This document shows, piece by piece, positions 12,005 through 25,495 of a stretch of 64,000 nucleotides of DNA. Below the pieces are notes generated by a model. The model was not told where the DNA came from. It made no database searches and worked only from the letters and a program-made list of their open reading frames with translations. A program made the translations under genes and the position numbers. How positions within the stretch are numbered: position 1 is the first letter of the stretch; the number at the start of each line of letters is the position of its first letter. The stretch is from Octopus vulgaris (lineage: Eukaryota). The stretch is taken from contig OX597833.1 in NCBI GenBank assembly GCA_951406725.2, positions 45,074,001-45,138,000 of the forward strand. The letters run 5' to 3'.

Positions 12005-13860
12005 GCATAAAATTGAATTTAAGCATAAATAACTTTTTTGTTTTAAAAACAAGCTATATTTTAATCAACCAATAATGCCAAAATTTTACTAGAGAATGAA
12101 ATTGCCTGAAAATTCACAGATACTATTATTTTGACCTAAATAATAACTGAAAAAAAATTTCATTGAAATCTGTTTGATACCGATTGCATACACATTAATA
12201 ACACCTTCCATACTGTGATACTGATCATACAGAAATCACAATTTGTATCAAGTATTTGTTTCACACCCTTTAAATTAAGTGCCAGTTGAAATGGACAATC
12301 AGTATGAATGGGTAAAGCTGAATTCCTATTTTCAACTTCCTAATTATTAATTAATAATTAAAAAAATATTTTAATTCTTTACTTTTAAAAGAAGTAACAA
12401 TTAATAACAAATAAATGTAATAAAGTGTAATAAAATTTTTAGTTTTAATAAATACTAATATTTTCTAAATCTAAATACTTCATTTGAACTTCTATCCTTA
12501 GCTGCAATATTTTAAGTAAAATCTTCTTGTTCTGTACTTTACCAGATGTAATAACTAGTCCTGAACTTTTCCAAGTGTAATAATAGGTCCTCTAATTTTC
12601 CAGGTTTATAAGCTTAAGAATATTATTTCTATTCCTCATATTTTTCCATGTAATATATATAGATAGTTAGGTTGAGATATACATATATATACACACATGC
12701 ATCCATACAAGCATGTAGATATACATATGTGTGTGTGTGTGTGTGTGTGTATGTATAGGCCACATGCTTACCAGCTGGTCAGTCTGTCTCACTACACAGT
12801 GTTTATACAATAAACATGCTGAGTAAAATGTACACGTTAAGAATAATTATTGTAATAATAATAACTAGCAGATCCCTTAAACATTTGACAGAATCAACAG
12901 TCGATTTCATGGCTTATTTGTGAAAACTTTACCCTAAAACTCTAAAAGCGTAGCCTGGGTTGTGTTTGTGTGAAAAGATGGTAAACATTCATTTTAGAAA
13001 TATATTCTTTATTCTTATTATTTAAGCATTACTCCCTCATTTCCTTACTGACATGAAATTTCGTAACATTTTACTTCACGACTCTTTTTCTACTTATTTT
13101 TGGTCAATGCAACTAGCGATTCTTAATTCCTCGTGCATTTTTCTATCATTTAAGACTAAGAAAAGTATACTTTTAATTTAAAATTTTAAAATTTATGTTA
13201 ATTGAAGATGAATATCTGCCTACTGCTCATCACCCACCTTGAGGTCACATTATATTTTAATGTAACTTTTTTCTACTGAACAAAGTCTCAAACTATTTAT
13301 GCCAAACTATAGCTGAGGAGGTGACCTCTTTAAAACTATTAACAGTTTGCAATTTAGTTGAGAACTGAATTAGTGGTGAAGCTTGGAAGCTGCTGTGTTT
13401 GATGAAATGGTGGACTTGAGAATATATTCAGCCAGTACCGTGGTTGAATGATATTAGAACTTCTTGGAAGCTCAATCAAATTGCTGGCCTACATACGTTA
13501 TTCACATCATTTCTTATTATTGATCTCGTCTTTTGTTCTTAATTTCATCATACTTTTACTTAGAAGTCTGCCACAAAAGGCAACAAAATAACCTGTAAAA
13601 TCATATCTTTATCAAACATATATGAAATATCTGTATGTAATAGGCAAATGTTAAAACCATTATTGAAATCAGTATGAAAAATAGTTCAGAATCACCTATA
13701 AGTAGACATTCATACTTTATTTCATTTAAAATTGCAAACTTGTGTAATCATAGATATTTATAAATAACTGTGTTTGTGTGTGTAAATGTTTTAAATATTT
13801 TTTCTAAGTGAAAACAATGCAATTTATGAATATTAATAACACAGGTTGATGGTTACTTAT

Positions 13861-13887
13861 GGGTGATGGTGGTGGCATTCAACATAC
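13861..13887 (-). pseudogene. 27-nt micro-exon slot with both splice sites lost
   Basis: ctccatAT|gtatgttgaatgccaccaccatcaccc|ATaagt. Paralog of 855-881 with a phase-0 stop. Confidence 0.45.
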
Positions 13888-14141
13888 ATATGGAGAAAAA
13901 GAGATGAGATACATGTATATAGTGCATATATAGATAAATATATTCTCATACATAGAGACATGTGCACATATGTGTTTGTACATCCATATGTATAGGCCAC
14001 ATGTATATCAGCCAGTATTTCATCAACAAAGATTAAAATGTATGTGTGTATTAATATGGCATCAATAATTAATTAGAATAATAATTCTATATTTATAAAT
14101 TTGTGTTGCAAGATTCTCCATGTTATACTATTATTTGAAAC

Positions 14142-14575
14142 ATATTGCTGCATATGGTGATGGTCATATATTTTTGTTTGCCAAATAGATACGTGCACTA
14201 TATATTCGTTCTTCCCCCATTTATTACTGTTCTTACTCTAACTCATGTCCATCATCCAGATACCTTTTGTCACACATCTGTGACCTCTTCAGTGACACTT
14301 TCCGTATTCGTGTTTGCTCTTGCTCTGCTTATTCCATTCTGTTCTTCTATGATGTGTCACATCATAAAAAAAAACAATGGAATGAGCAGAAGAAGAGCAC
14401 ACACGAATGCAGAAAGTGTTGCTGAAGAGGTCAGAGATGTGTGACAAAAGGTATCCAGACAATGGACTTAAGTTAGAATAAGAAGAGTAATAAACAAGTG
14501 AAGATCAGATATGTAGTGCATGTGTCTATTTGGCCAAAAAAGGAAAATAATGAACATCCCAAATGACAACAATAT
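14142..14575. mobile_element. Palindromic MITE-like hairpin, duplicate copy
   Basis: Paralog of 1218-1656. A half copy lies at ~18419-18715. Confidence 0.75.
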
Positions 14576-15323
14576 AATCATAATAATTAAACATTATGAA
14601 TTCTTCTTGTAAGCTTGTTTCACTATGTGGCCTGCATACATTATCCATATCTTATTTATTATTGTACTTAAATTCATCATACTTTTATCTAAGAGTCTAC
14701 CACAAAAAGCAATGAATGAGAAGAAAAATCATATCTTTAGCAGCCATTTATGGAAAATCTGTCTGTGACAGGCGGAAACTAAAAATATATTTGAAATCAG
14801 AATAAAAAATAGTTCTGAATCACTGAATAACCTATAAACAAACAATCAGCACTTATTTCATCTAAAAGTGCAGTTGTGTAATTATAGATATATAAAAATA
14901 ATCATGTGTGTGTATGTGTGTGCATGTGTGTGTGTAGATATATATATACATTTGTGTGTGTATGTGTTTGTGTATCTGTATGTGTGTGTGTGTTTGCATC
15001 TGTGTGTGTGTGTGAAAAAATCATCCAATGTTCTGTCATGAGGACCACAGACTTGAAGTGTTTCAAATTACAAGACACCATGTGAGAGAAAATCGCAATG
15101 TCATTGGAGCATAATGTGTCCACATGGATGATGGCTCACTTGCATTCAATATTGCTGCAAAGAGAGAGAAAGTCAAACTGTTCAACCCATGACAGCAAGG
15201 AATGTAGACGTTAAACAACGACGATGCCGATGATGACTATGTTAATGTTTTAAATATGTTTTCTAAGCCAAAACAATGCAGTTATAAATATTAATAATAT
15301 AGGTTGATGATTAGTTCCCTTAC

Positions 15324-15347
15324 CTGTCTTGCAGCATGATGGATTAT
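15324..15347 (-). CDS. Candidate 24-nt micro-exon
   Basis: ctccatag|ataatccatcatgctgcaagacag|gtaagg. Differs from 2407-2430 by three substitutions. Confidence 0.5.
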
Positions 15348-18082
15348 CTATGGAGAAAAAGAGATGAGACATATATAGTATATATAGTGTATCATTCAAC
15401 TACAGCAGTAGCTGAATAATATTCTTAAGGACGCAATTTACACACACGCAGCACCTTTCAGAGCTTGTCACTAATTCAGTTCTTAACTAAATGGAAAACC
15501 AGTAGATGAAAATTGATCCAGTAGAAAAATGTTTACAATAAAATTTGGAGTGACATTATAGGAGACTAAATAACACCACCAGTCAAGTTTAGATCTAAAT
15601 AAAGCAAAATATATTCATCTTAGCTTCAATGACAGAAGAAAGCATGAAGAATTTCATAGTTTTGTACCCATGCAACAAAAATTTGTATAAAAAAAGTTGG
15701 GAGGTAAAATATGAAAATTAATATAAGTAATGCATAAAATTGAATTTAAGCATAAATAACTTTTTTGTTTTAAAAACAAGCTATATTTTAATCAACCAAT
15801 AATGCCAAAATTTTACTAGAGAATGAAATTGCCTGAAAATTCACAGATACTATTATTTTGACCTAAATAATAACTGAAAATAAATTTCATTGAAATCTGT
15901 TTGATACCGATTGCATACACATTAATAACATCTTCCATACTGTGATACAGATCATTCAGAAATCACAATTTGTATCAAGTATTTGTTTCACACCCTTTAA
16001 ATTAAGTGTCAGTTGAAATGGACAATCAGTATGAATGGGTAAAGCTCAATTTGACAGAGCTCAATTCAAGGAATTTCATAGTATCAATCTCATGCAATGA
16101 AGTTCTAAAAGAAAATACTTATGAGTGTTTGTTTCTCAAATTTCAGGGTGATAATATAATTCTAAGACACTGTGAGGAATTTCATAGTTTTCATCTCATT
16201 AAATTAAACATTCTATTTATTGTTTTTGTATATCAATTAAAAAATAAAATTTACACACTCATAAATCTTTCACATTCATAATTTCGTTGACAATGTACAT
16301 TTGTATTTTAATCAGTTGCCTTTTAATTGCTCTAATTTTCACTTTTCATCTGTCTCTCTCTTCTTTACTAGGCTTGTTAATATAAAGGTCATAGCACAAT
16401 TTCTTCTGCAATTTATAAAACGTTTTTTTTATCTTGAAAACATTCGTTATATTAAAATTATTTTGTTAATTAATTTTAATTAATATATTATTATTGTACT
16501 AACTAATTATGTACTAGAATTATTTTTTATAACCTATTTTCAACTTCCTAATTATTAATTAATAATTAAAAAAATATTTTAATTCTTTATTTTTAAAAGA
16601 AGTAACAAGCAATAACAAATAAATGTAATAACGTGTAATAAAATTTTTAGTTTTAATAAATGCTAATATTTTCTAAATCTAAATATTTCATTTGAACTTC
16701 TATCCTTAGCTGCAATATTTTAAGTAAAATCTTCTTGTTCTGCACTTTACCAGGTGTAATAACTAGTCCTGAACATGTCCAAGTGTAATAATAGGTCCTG
16801 TAATTTTCCAGGTTTATAAGCTTAAGAATATTATTTCTATTCCTCATATTTTTCCATGTAATATATATAGAGATATAGTTAGGTTGAGATATACATATAT
16901 ATACACACATGCATCCATACAAGCATGTAGATATACATGTGTGTGTGTGTGTGCGTGTGTGTGTGTGTGTATAGGCCACATGTGTACCAACTGGTCAGTC
17001 AGTCTCACTACACAGTGTTTATACAATAAACATGCTGAGTAAAATGTACATGTTAAGAATAATTATTGTAATAATAATAACTAGCAGATCCCTTAAACGT
17101 TTGAAAGAATCAAAAGTCGACTTCATGGCTTATTTCTGAAAACTTTACCCTAAAACTCTAAAAGCGTAGCCTGGGTTGTGTTTGTGTGAAAAGATGGTAA
17201 ACATTCATTTTAGAAATATATTCTTTATTCTCATTCTTGGAGCATTACTCCCTCATTTCCTTACTGACATGAAATTTCGTAACATTTTACTTCACGACTC
17301 TTTTTCTACTAATTTTTGTTCAATGCAACTAGCGATTCTTAATTCCTCGTGCATTTTTCTATCATTTAAGACTAACAAAAGTATACTTTAAATATAAAAT
17401 TTTAAAATTTATGTTAATTGAAGATGAATATCTGCCTACTGCTCATCACCCACCTTGAGGTCACATTATATTTTAATGTAACTTTTTTCTACTGAACAAA
17501 GTCTCAAACTATTTATGCCAAACTATAGCTGAGGAGGTGTCCTCTTTAAAACTATTAACAGTTTGCAATTTAGTTGAGAACTGAATTAGTAGTGAAGCTT
17601 GGAAGCTGCTGTGTTTGATGAAATGGTGGACTTGAGAATATATTCAGCCAGTACTGTGGTTGAATGATATTAGAACTTCTTGGAAGCTCACTAAAATTGC
17701 TGGCCTACATACATTATTCACATCATTTCTTATTATTGATCTCGTCTTTTGTTCTTAATTTCATTATACTTTTACCTGGAAGTCTGCCACAAAAGGCAAC
17801 AAAATAACCAGTAAAATCATATCTTTACCAAACATTTATGAAAAATCTGTATGTGATAGGCAAAGATTAAAACCATTATTGAAATCAGTATGAAAAATGG
17901 TTCAGAATCACCTATAAGTAGACAATCATAATTTATTTCATTTAAAATTGCAGACTTGTGTAATCACAGATATTTATAAATAATTGTGTTTGTATGTGTG
18001 TCTGTAAATGTTTTAAATATTTTTTCTTAGTGAAAACAATGCAATTTATAAATTTCAATAACACAGGTTGATGGTTACTTAC

Positions 18083-18124
18083 GTAAGGCATTGGCTTCCT
18101 GCATTGAGTCTTTCTCATGCATAC
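18083..18124 (-). CDS. Candidate 42-nt micro-exon
   Basis: cttctttttctccatag|gtatgcatgagaaagactcaatgcaggaagccaatgccttac|gtaagt. Confidence 0.5.
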
Positions 18125-18881
18125 CTATGGAGAAAAAGAAGTGATATATACATATATATATATATATAGTGTATATATAGATAAATATATACTCATACAT
18201 AGAGACATGCACACACATGTGTGTGTTTGTGCATTCATACGTATAGGCTACATGTATATCAGCCAGTATCTTTTCTCTTTGTATAATGTTTAAAAAGAAA
18301 TATGTTGATGAAAATATACGTGTGTATTAATATGGCATTAATAATTAATTAGAATACTAATGTCTACATTTATGAATTTGTGTTGCAAGATTCCTTGTGT
18401 GAAACCGTGTGTTGAAAGATATTGCTGTACATGGGGATGGTCATACTTTTTTCGTTTTTTGCCAAATAGATACGTGCACTATATATTCGTTCTTCACACA
18501 TTTATTACTGTTCTTACTCATGTCCATCATCCGGAAACCTTTTGTCACACATCTGTGACCTCTTCAGCAACACTTACTGTATTTGTGTGTGCTCTGCATA
18601 TTCCATTCTAAGACCTCTTCAGTGACACTTTCCGTATTCATGTGTGCTCTCGCTCTGCTTATTCCATTTTGTTCTTCTATCGTGGGTCACATATAATGGG
18701 TCACATCATAGAAGAAGACAATCATAATTTATTTCATTTAAAATGGCAGACTTGTGTAATCACAGATGTTTATAAATAACTGTGTTTGTGTGTGTGTGTG
18801 TGTAAATGTTTTAAATATTTTTTTCTAAGTGAAAACAATGCAATTAATAAATATTAATAACACAGGTTGATGGTTACTTAC

Positions 18882-18926
18882 CTGGAATATTCCTGCCTGA
18901 GTGTCATCAGTGTTTCTTATGCATAC
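18882..18926 (-). CDS. Candidate 45-nt micro-exon
   Basis: cttccttttctccatag|gtatgcataagaaacactgatgacactcaggcaggaatattccag|gtaagt. Open only in phase 0 (VCIRNTDDTQAGIFQ). Confidence 0.5.
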
Positions 18927-18950
18927 CTATGGAGAAAAGGAAGTGAGATA

Positions 18951-21900
18951 ATCATCATCATCATCATCGTTTAATGTCCGTTTTCCGCGCTAGCACAGGT
19001 TCGACCGTGGTCTGGGAAGCAAGGAGGCTGCACCAGGCTCCAGTCTGATCTGGCAATGTTTCTACAGCTGGATGCCCTTCCTAACGCCAACCACTCCGTG
19101 AGTGTAGTGGGTGCTTTTTACGTTTCACCGGCACAGGTGCCAGGGGAGTCTGGCAGCGGCCATGATTGGTTGGTGCTTTTAACGTGCCACTGGCACGGAA
19201 GCCAGTCGAGGCGACACTGGCATCGGCCACATTCGGACGGTACTTTTTACATGCAACCGGCACAGAAGCCAGTTAAGGCAGCGCTGGCATCAGCCACGTT
19301 CGGATGGTGCTTTTTATGTGCCACCAGCACAGGTATTACAACTACTATTTCCATTGATATTTATTTCGATGTTCATGTACTTGACTCAATAGGTCTCCTC
19401 AAGCACAGCGGGTTGTTCTGAAATCCAAGGTACTTTGAATGGGCTGGGGCTATGCGGAGCTGGTGCAGGAAGCAGCCCGGGTCTTTGCAGTCACAGCATA
19501 TCTCCAGAGATCTCGGTCCTTCGTCATTGCCTCTGTGAGGCCCAATGCTCTGAGGTCATGCTTGACTACCTCATCCCATGTCTTCCTGGGTCTACCTCTC
19601 CCCCTGATACCTTCAACTGTTTGGGAGTGGCACTTCTTCACACATCTCTCCTCATCCATCCACAGTACATGACCATACCATCGCAAGCGTCGCTCTTGCA
19701 CACCACATCTGATGCTTCTTATGTCCAGCATTTCTCTCAGGGTGCTTACACTCTGTCGTGCGTGCACACTGACATTACACATCCAGCGGATCATGCTAGC
19801 TTCATTTCTTTCAAGTCTACGCATGTCCTCTGCAGTCACAGCCCATGTTTCACTGCCGTGAAGCATGGCAGTTCACACACATGCATCATACAATCTACCT
19901 TTCACTCTGAGCGAGAGACCCTTTGTTGCCAGTAGGGGTAGGAGCTTTCTAAACTTTGCCCAGGCTATTCGTATTCTAGTGGTGACACTCTCTGAGCATC
20001 CACCTCCACAACTATCTTGGTCACCTAGGTAGCGGAAACTATCAACTACTTCTAGTTTCTCCCCCTGGAGTGTGATGGAATCTGTTTTCTGAGTATCTGT
20101 GGTGTCTATTGTCCCGGTGCATCTGCCGCACATGAAAGCTATCTTATCAGTTACTTTCCCTTTGATGTTGCTGCACCTCTTATGCGTCCATAGCTTACAG
20201 TGGGTACATCTTATGGAGTTTCTACCTACACCTTTCCTACAGATCAAGCAGGGCCACCTGCTCGAGGGGACGTGTGCTGAGTTCGCCTTTCTGCTTACTA
20301 TAACTTTGGTCTTTGCTACATTTACTCTAAGGCCCTTTGATTCTAAACCTTGCTTCCACACCCGAAATTTCTTTTCTAGTTCCGGTAGTGATTCTGCTAT
20401 GAGAGCCAGGTCATCAGCATAGAGGAGCTCCCAGGGGCAACCTGTTTTGAATTCCTCTGTTATTGCCTGAAGGACTATGATGAATAAAAGGGGACTGAGG
20501 GCTGAACCTTGGTGTACACCTACTTCTACCCGGAATTCTTCACTATATTCATTGCCAATCCTAACCTTGCTGACAGCCCCTCTGTATAGGGCCTGTACAG
20601 CCCTTATTAGCCATTCGTCAATCTCCAGTTTCCATATCGACCACCAGATAAGGGATCGGGGGACCCTGTCAAAGGCTTTCTCCAAGTTCACAAAAGCTAT
20701 GTAGAGGGGTTTATCTTTAGCTAGGTATTTCTCCTAGCTATGTCGGACCAGGAATATAGCATCAGTGGTGCTTCTGCCTGGCACAAAATCGAACTGCATC
20801 TCATCTAAGCAAATTCTCTCCCTAATGAGATGGGTTATGACCCTCTCTGTGACCTTCATCACCTGATACAACAGTTTAATACCCCTGTAGTTATTTCTAT
20901 CTAGAGCATCACCTTTACCCTTGTAGCAGTTGACTATGGTGCTGCTACTCCAGTCATTGGGTATGACTCCATTGTGAACTACCTGGTTTACAATGCGGGT
21001 GACTAGGCCATAGCCCACACAACCAGTTGTTTTAAGCATCTCAGCAGTGATTCCTGATGGGCCAGGGGCTTTTCCTGGTTTCATACTCTTAATTGCCTTA
21101 ACTACAAGGGAGCTGTCTATTTGGATAGCTGGTCCCTCTACCGGGTCAACATTTGGCAGGCTCTCCTCCTCCCATTCATTCTCCACATTCAGCTGTCTTT
21201 CATAATGGCTTCTCCAAGCCTCTTTCTTTTCACAATCATTAAAAGCAAGTGCACCATCATCCATACGGATACATTTCTCTCCTGTAACATCACTATTTTC
21301 TCTCACACACTGTCTAGCAATCCGAAATACCTCGGTTCTTTGGTCCTCACATTGCTGGACATTGGCAAACTTCTTTTCTGCTACATCTTTGGCTATGTAT
21401 ACCTGCCGCCCAGCCTCCCTTTTGGCTACCTGGTACAGTTCCCTGCTACCCCCATCCCTCCAGGCTTTCCGGCCTGTTTCTTTGCTCTAATGGCTTTGTC
21501 TACTGTACTATTCCACCACCATGTAACTTTAGGTCTGGAAGGGACTTTGCACCATCCACAGACTTGGTCTGTGGCACTCAGCAAGCTGTCCCGTAGGAAT
21601 TTCCAGCTACCTTCTATGTCCGATGTCTGTAGCTCCTCATCCCTCACATCAAATTTCTTGATGAGGATGTCCCTAAATCTCTGACCATGTGAAGGGTTCT
21701 TTAGCTTCCAAATCCTTCCTTTCTGGATTGGTCTGTTTCTTGGTATCCTTCTGGTCTCAAGCCTAAAGTCACTAATGATTAGCCTATGATGAGGAGTACA
21801 TTCTTCACCCGGGAGGGTCTTTGTATTTAAGAGCAACCCTGCATCCCGCTGTCTGGTGAGGATGAAGTCTATTTCGCTAGCGGAGTCCCCTGACTGATAG

Positions 21901-22475
21901 GTTATAAGGTGGTAGTCTGGCTTCCTGAAGTTAGTGTTTCAGATTAAAAGGTTACATGCATCACAGAATTCCAGTAGTCTAGTTCCCTCATCATTTCTGG
22001 TGCCAATACCATGGCCACCGTGTACCCAAGTGAATATACCCGATTCCCGCCCAACATGCCCATTAAAGTCTCCACCCACAAAGATGAGGTCTTTGCCACT
22101 CGTCTTTGAGGTAGCCTGTAGAAGGGTATCATAAAAGTGGTCCTTCTGATCATTTGGTAGCCCCGCATGTGGGGCATAGGCAGGGATAATCGTAGCTGTG
22201 CCACTCTGTAGGACTAAACTGAGCTTAAGCACTCTATCGCAAACCCTGACAATCTCTATGACCTTATCCACCCATTTCTCTGCAAGGAGAATGCCTACAC
22301 CCCCTACACCATCCATGTTACCTTGCCAGAAGACTTTATACCTATGTGCCTTGCCTGTGAGGACCCTACCTGAAGCACATCTCCATCTTACCTCTTGTAT
22401 GCAGCATACATCAACCCGTCTTCTCTCAAGCATCTCTACAATCTCACTACACCTACCTTTCAGTGTACCAACACT
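18951..22475 (-). mobile_element. RTE-clade LINE, nearly complete ORF (APE endonuclease + RT + PHD-like Cys motif), frameshifted, lacking 5' UTR
   Basis: ORF pieces VGTLKGR..CIQEVRW..GDFNGHVG (APE), KAFDRVPR, GVHQGSALSPLLF, LLYADDL (RT), CLICRKGVGRNSIRCTHC. (cat)n tail at 18951. Confidence 0.95.
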
Positions 22476-22672
22476 GATATATATATATATATATATATAT
22501 ATAGATAAATATATACTCATACATATAGAGACATGCACAATTGTGTGTGTTTGTGCATTCTTATGTATAGGCCACATGTATATCAGCCAGTATCTTTTCT
22601 CTTTGTATAATGTTTAAAAAGAAATATGTTGATGAAAATATACGTGTGTATTAATATAGCATTAAAATTAAT

Positions 22673-24925
22673 TCGTTTAACGTCCGTTCTCCATGCTAGC
22701 ATGGGTTGGACGGTTCGACCGGGGATCTGGGAAGCCAGAAGGCTGCACCAGGCTCCGGTCTTATCTGGCAATGTTTCTACAGCTGGATGCCCTTCCTAAC
22801 GCCAACCACTCCGTGAGTGTAGTGGGTGCTTTTTACGTGCCACCTGCACTGGTGCCAGGCGAGGCTGGCATCGGCCACGGTCGGATTTGGTGCATTTTAT
22901 GTGCCACCTGCATGGAAGCCAGTCGAGGTGGCACTGGCTTCGGCCACGATTCGGATGGTGCTTTTTATGTGCCACTGACACGGAAGCCAGTCGAGGCGGC
23001 GCTGGCATCGGCCACGATTCGGATAGTGCTTTTTACGTATCTCCAGTCCAGGGGTCCTGGCATCTGCCGGGTGCCAGTCATAGGATTGGTTCAATTTCGA
23101 TTCCGATTTCACTTGCCCCAACAGGTCTTCGCAAGCAAAGGGGGGTAGGCATAGGTGCCTGTCGTCGGATGAGGTTCGATATCGACTTCGCTTGCCTCAA
23201 CAGGTCTTTGTGTGTCCGAGGGAGGAAAGGCATGCATAAGTGGGCTGGACTCACTTGTCCTGCCTGGTCTTTTCACGCACAGCATATTTCCAAAGGTCTC
23301 GGTCGCTGGTCATTTCCTCAGTGAGACCTAAAGTTCGAAGGTCGTGCTTCACTACCTCGTCCCAAGTTTTCCTGGGTCTACCTCTTCCACGGGTTCCCTC
23401 CACTGTTAGGGATTGGCACTTTTTCACACACCTATCTTCATCCATTCTCGCCACATGACCATACCAGCGCAATCGTCTCTCTTGCACACCACAACTGATG
23501 CTCCTTAGGTACAACATTTCTCTCAGGGTACTAATGCTCTGTCGAGCATGCACACTGACATTACACATCCATCGGAGCATACTGGCTTCATTTCTCATGA
23601 GCTTACGCATGTCCTCAGCAGTCACGGACCATGTTTCACTGCCATGTAGCATGGCTGTTCGTACACATGCATCATACAGTCTGCCTTTTACTCTGAGCGA
23701 GAGGCCTTTAGTCACCAGCAGAGGTAAGAGCTCCCTAAACTTTGCCCAGGCTATTCTTACTCTAGCCGTTACACTTTCAGCACACCCACCCCCACTACTG
23801 ACTTGGTCACCAAGATAATGGAAGCTGTCAACTACTTCTAGTTTTTCCCCCTGGAAAGTGACGAAAGTTGTTTTCTGCAGATTTTCAGAGGTTAATGCTC
23901 CCGAGCATCTGCCACATACAAAAACCATCTTCCTAGTTAGCCTTCCTATGACATTGCTGCACCTCTTATGTGTCCATAGCTTACACTTGGTGCATCTTAT
24001 AGAGTTTCTACCTACACCTTTTCTACAGATCGAGCAGGGCCATCTACCTGAAGGCGTTTGTGATTTGTCTACCTTCCTACTTATTACGACTTTGGTTTTA
24101 GCTAGATTGACTCTAAGGTCCTTCGATTCCAAACCTTGCTTCCACACTTGAAACTTCTTCTCCAGTTCTGATAGTGACTCAGCAATTAGAGCAAAGTCCT
24201 CAGCATAGAGGAGCTCCCAGGGGCATCCTGTCTTGAATTCCTCCGTTATTGCCTGGAGGACTATGATAAATAGGAGGGGGCTGAGGACTGAGCCTTGGTG
24301 GACCCCTACCTCTACCCAGAATTCTTCACTGTACTCGTTGCCAACCCTCACCTTACTAGCAGCGTCCCTGTACATGGCTCGCACAGCTCTCACTAACCAT
24401 TCATCTATTCCTAGTTTCCTCATTGACCACCAGATGAGGGATCGGGGGACCCTGTCGAAGGCTTTCTCCATGTCAACAAAAGCCAGGTACAGGGGTTTAT
24501 CTTTGGATAGGTATTTCTCCTGCAGCTGCCTTACCAGGAATATAGCATCAGTGGTACTTTTCCCTGGCACGAACCCAAACTGCATCTCATCTAAACTAAC
24601 TCTCTCTCTAATTAGTTGGCTTATGACCCTCTCTGTAACCTTCATCACCTGATCCAACAGCTTGATACCTCTGTAATTATTTGTATCTAGGGCATCACCT
24701 TTACCTTTGTAGCAGTTGACTATTATGCTGCTACACCAGTCATTGGGTATGACTCCTTCATGTATCACCTGATTAACTATACGGGTGACTAGGCTATAGC
24801 CAACACTACCAGATATTTTGAGCATCTCTGCAGTGATACCTGATGGGCCTGGGGCTTTCCCTGTCTTCATGCTTCTAATTGCCTTAGCTACCAAGGAACT
24901 ATCAACCCTGATGGCTGGTCCCTTT
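22673..24925 (-). mobile_element. 5'-truncated RTE LINE with uninterrupted RT-to-C-terminus ORF (23251-~24925); catalytic YADD changed to YAED
   Basis: The 568-aa ORF track entry has QFGFVPG, FVDMEKAFD, GVHQGSVLSP, LLYAEDF. The 3' UTR terminus is shared with other copies. Confidence 0.95.
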
Positions 24926-24974
24926 AGCCAGTGCGGATGCGCGTGCAACAGGACCACTCTTCTTGAATAGTACC
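24925..24974. mobile_element. Terminal fragment of the MULE-like MITE family seen at 39933-40214
   Basis: gcggatgcgcg...caggaccactcttcttgaatagtacc matches the right TIR at ~40158-40214. Confidence 0.6.
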
Positions 24975-25214
24975 AGGGCGACGTTTTTTTTTTTATTCTA
25001 GGTCATACAGGGGTGATTGCATATTCAGAATCTCCCATATGTAAATCGTAGGAATTTGAAAAGTTTTTTACTGAAAAATTGCCGGGGTTGGGGGGGGGGA
25101 CAAATTCATTGTATGCCCAACCCCGGAAGTCACCGCATGCCACTGGTGTGTATGTGTATATATGTGTGTGTGTGTGTATATATATAGGTGTGTGTGTGTG
25201 TATCTCTTATTATA

Positions 25215-25470
25215 AAATCAGCCTAGAAGACGAGCCTCATCCTGAAAGATCTGTAGAACTCGACAAGGACATCCTGAAAACCCTGGTGGAACAAAATATC
25301 ATCGTAACTGTTGAGGAACTAGCAGAGAAGCTTGGATTTGGTCATTCAACCATTCATTGACACCTGTGTGCTATCGGAAAAGTCAGCAAATTGGGTCAAT
25401 GGGTTCCTCACGAACTTTCCGAGTCTAATTGCATGCAGAGAGTGAATGTATGCTTTTCTTTGCTGTCATA
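25215..25470 (+). pseudogene. Mariner transposase fragment (HTH + linker)
   Basis: SLEDEPHPERSVELDKDILKTLVEQN...TVEELAEKLGFGHSTIH*HLCAIGKVSKLGQWVPHEL. WVPHEL motif at 25400-25417. Confidence 0.9.
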
Positions 25471-25495
25471 TCTCACCACTACTGCGCTATGTATA

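Larger units (their letters stand above)
716..13727. repeat. Local tandem segmental duplication, copy 1 (716-2802 plus 12005-13727, split by the 9.2-kb insertion)
   Basis: Nearly collinear with 13728-17944. Lacks ~0.5 kb present at ~16047-16532 in copy 2. Confidence 0.9.
13728..17944. repeat. Local tandem segmental duplication, copy 2 (~4.2 kb, uninterrupted)
   Basis: Collinear with 716-2802 plus 12005-13727 and contains the empty insertion site. Confidence 0.9.
17945..18950. repeat. Two further partial copies of the duplicated module (17945-~18715 and ~18716-18950, continuing at 22476-22672)
   Basis: Recurrent gcagacttgtgtaatcacagat...gtgaaaacaatgcaatt...cacaggttgatggttacttac blocks. Confidence 0.85.

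Noticed and set aside
20099-24652. Plus-strand ORFs of 100-190 aa
   Set aside because: These are antisense shadows of the RTE ORFs.
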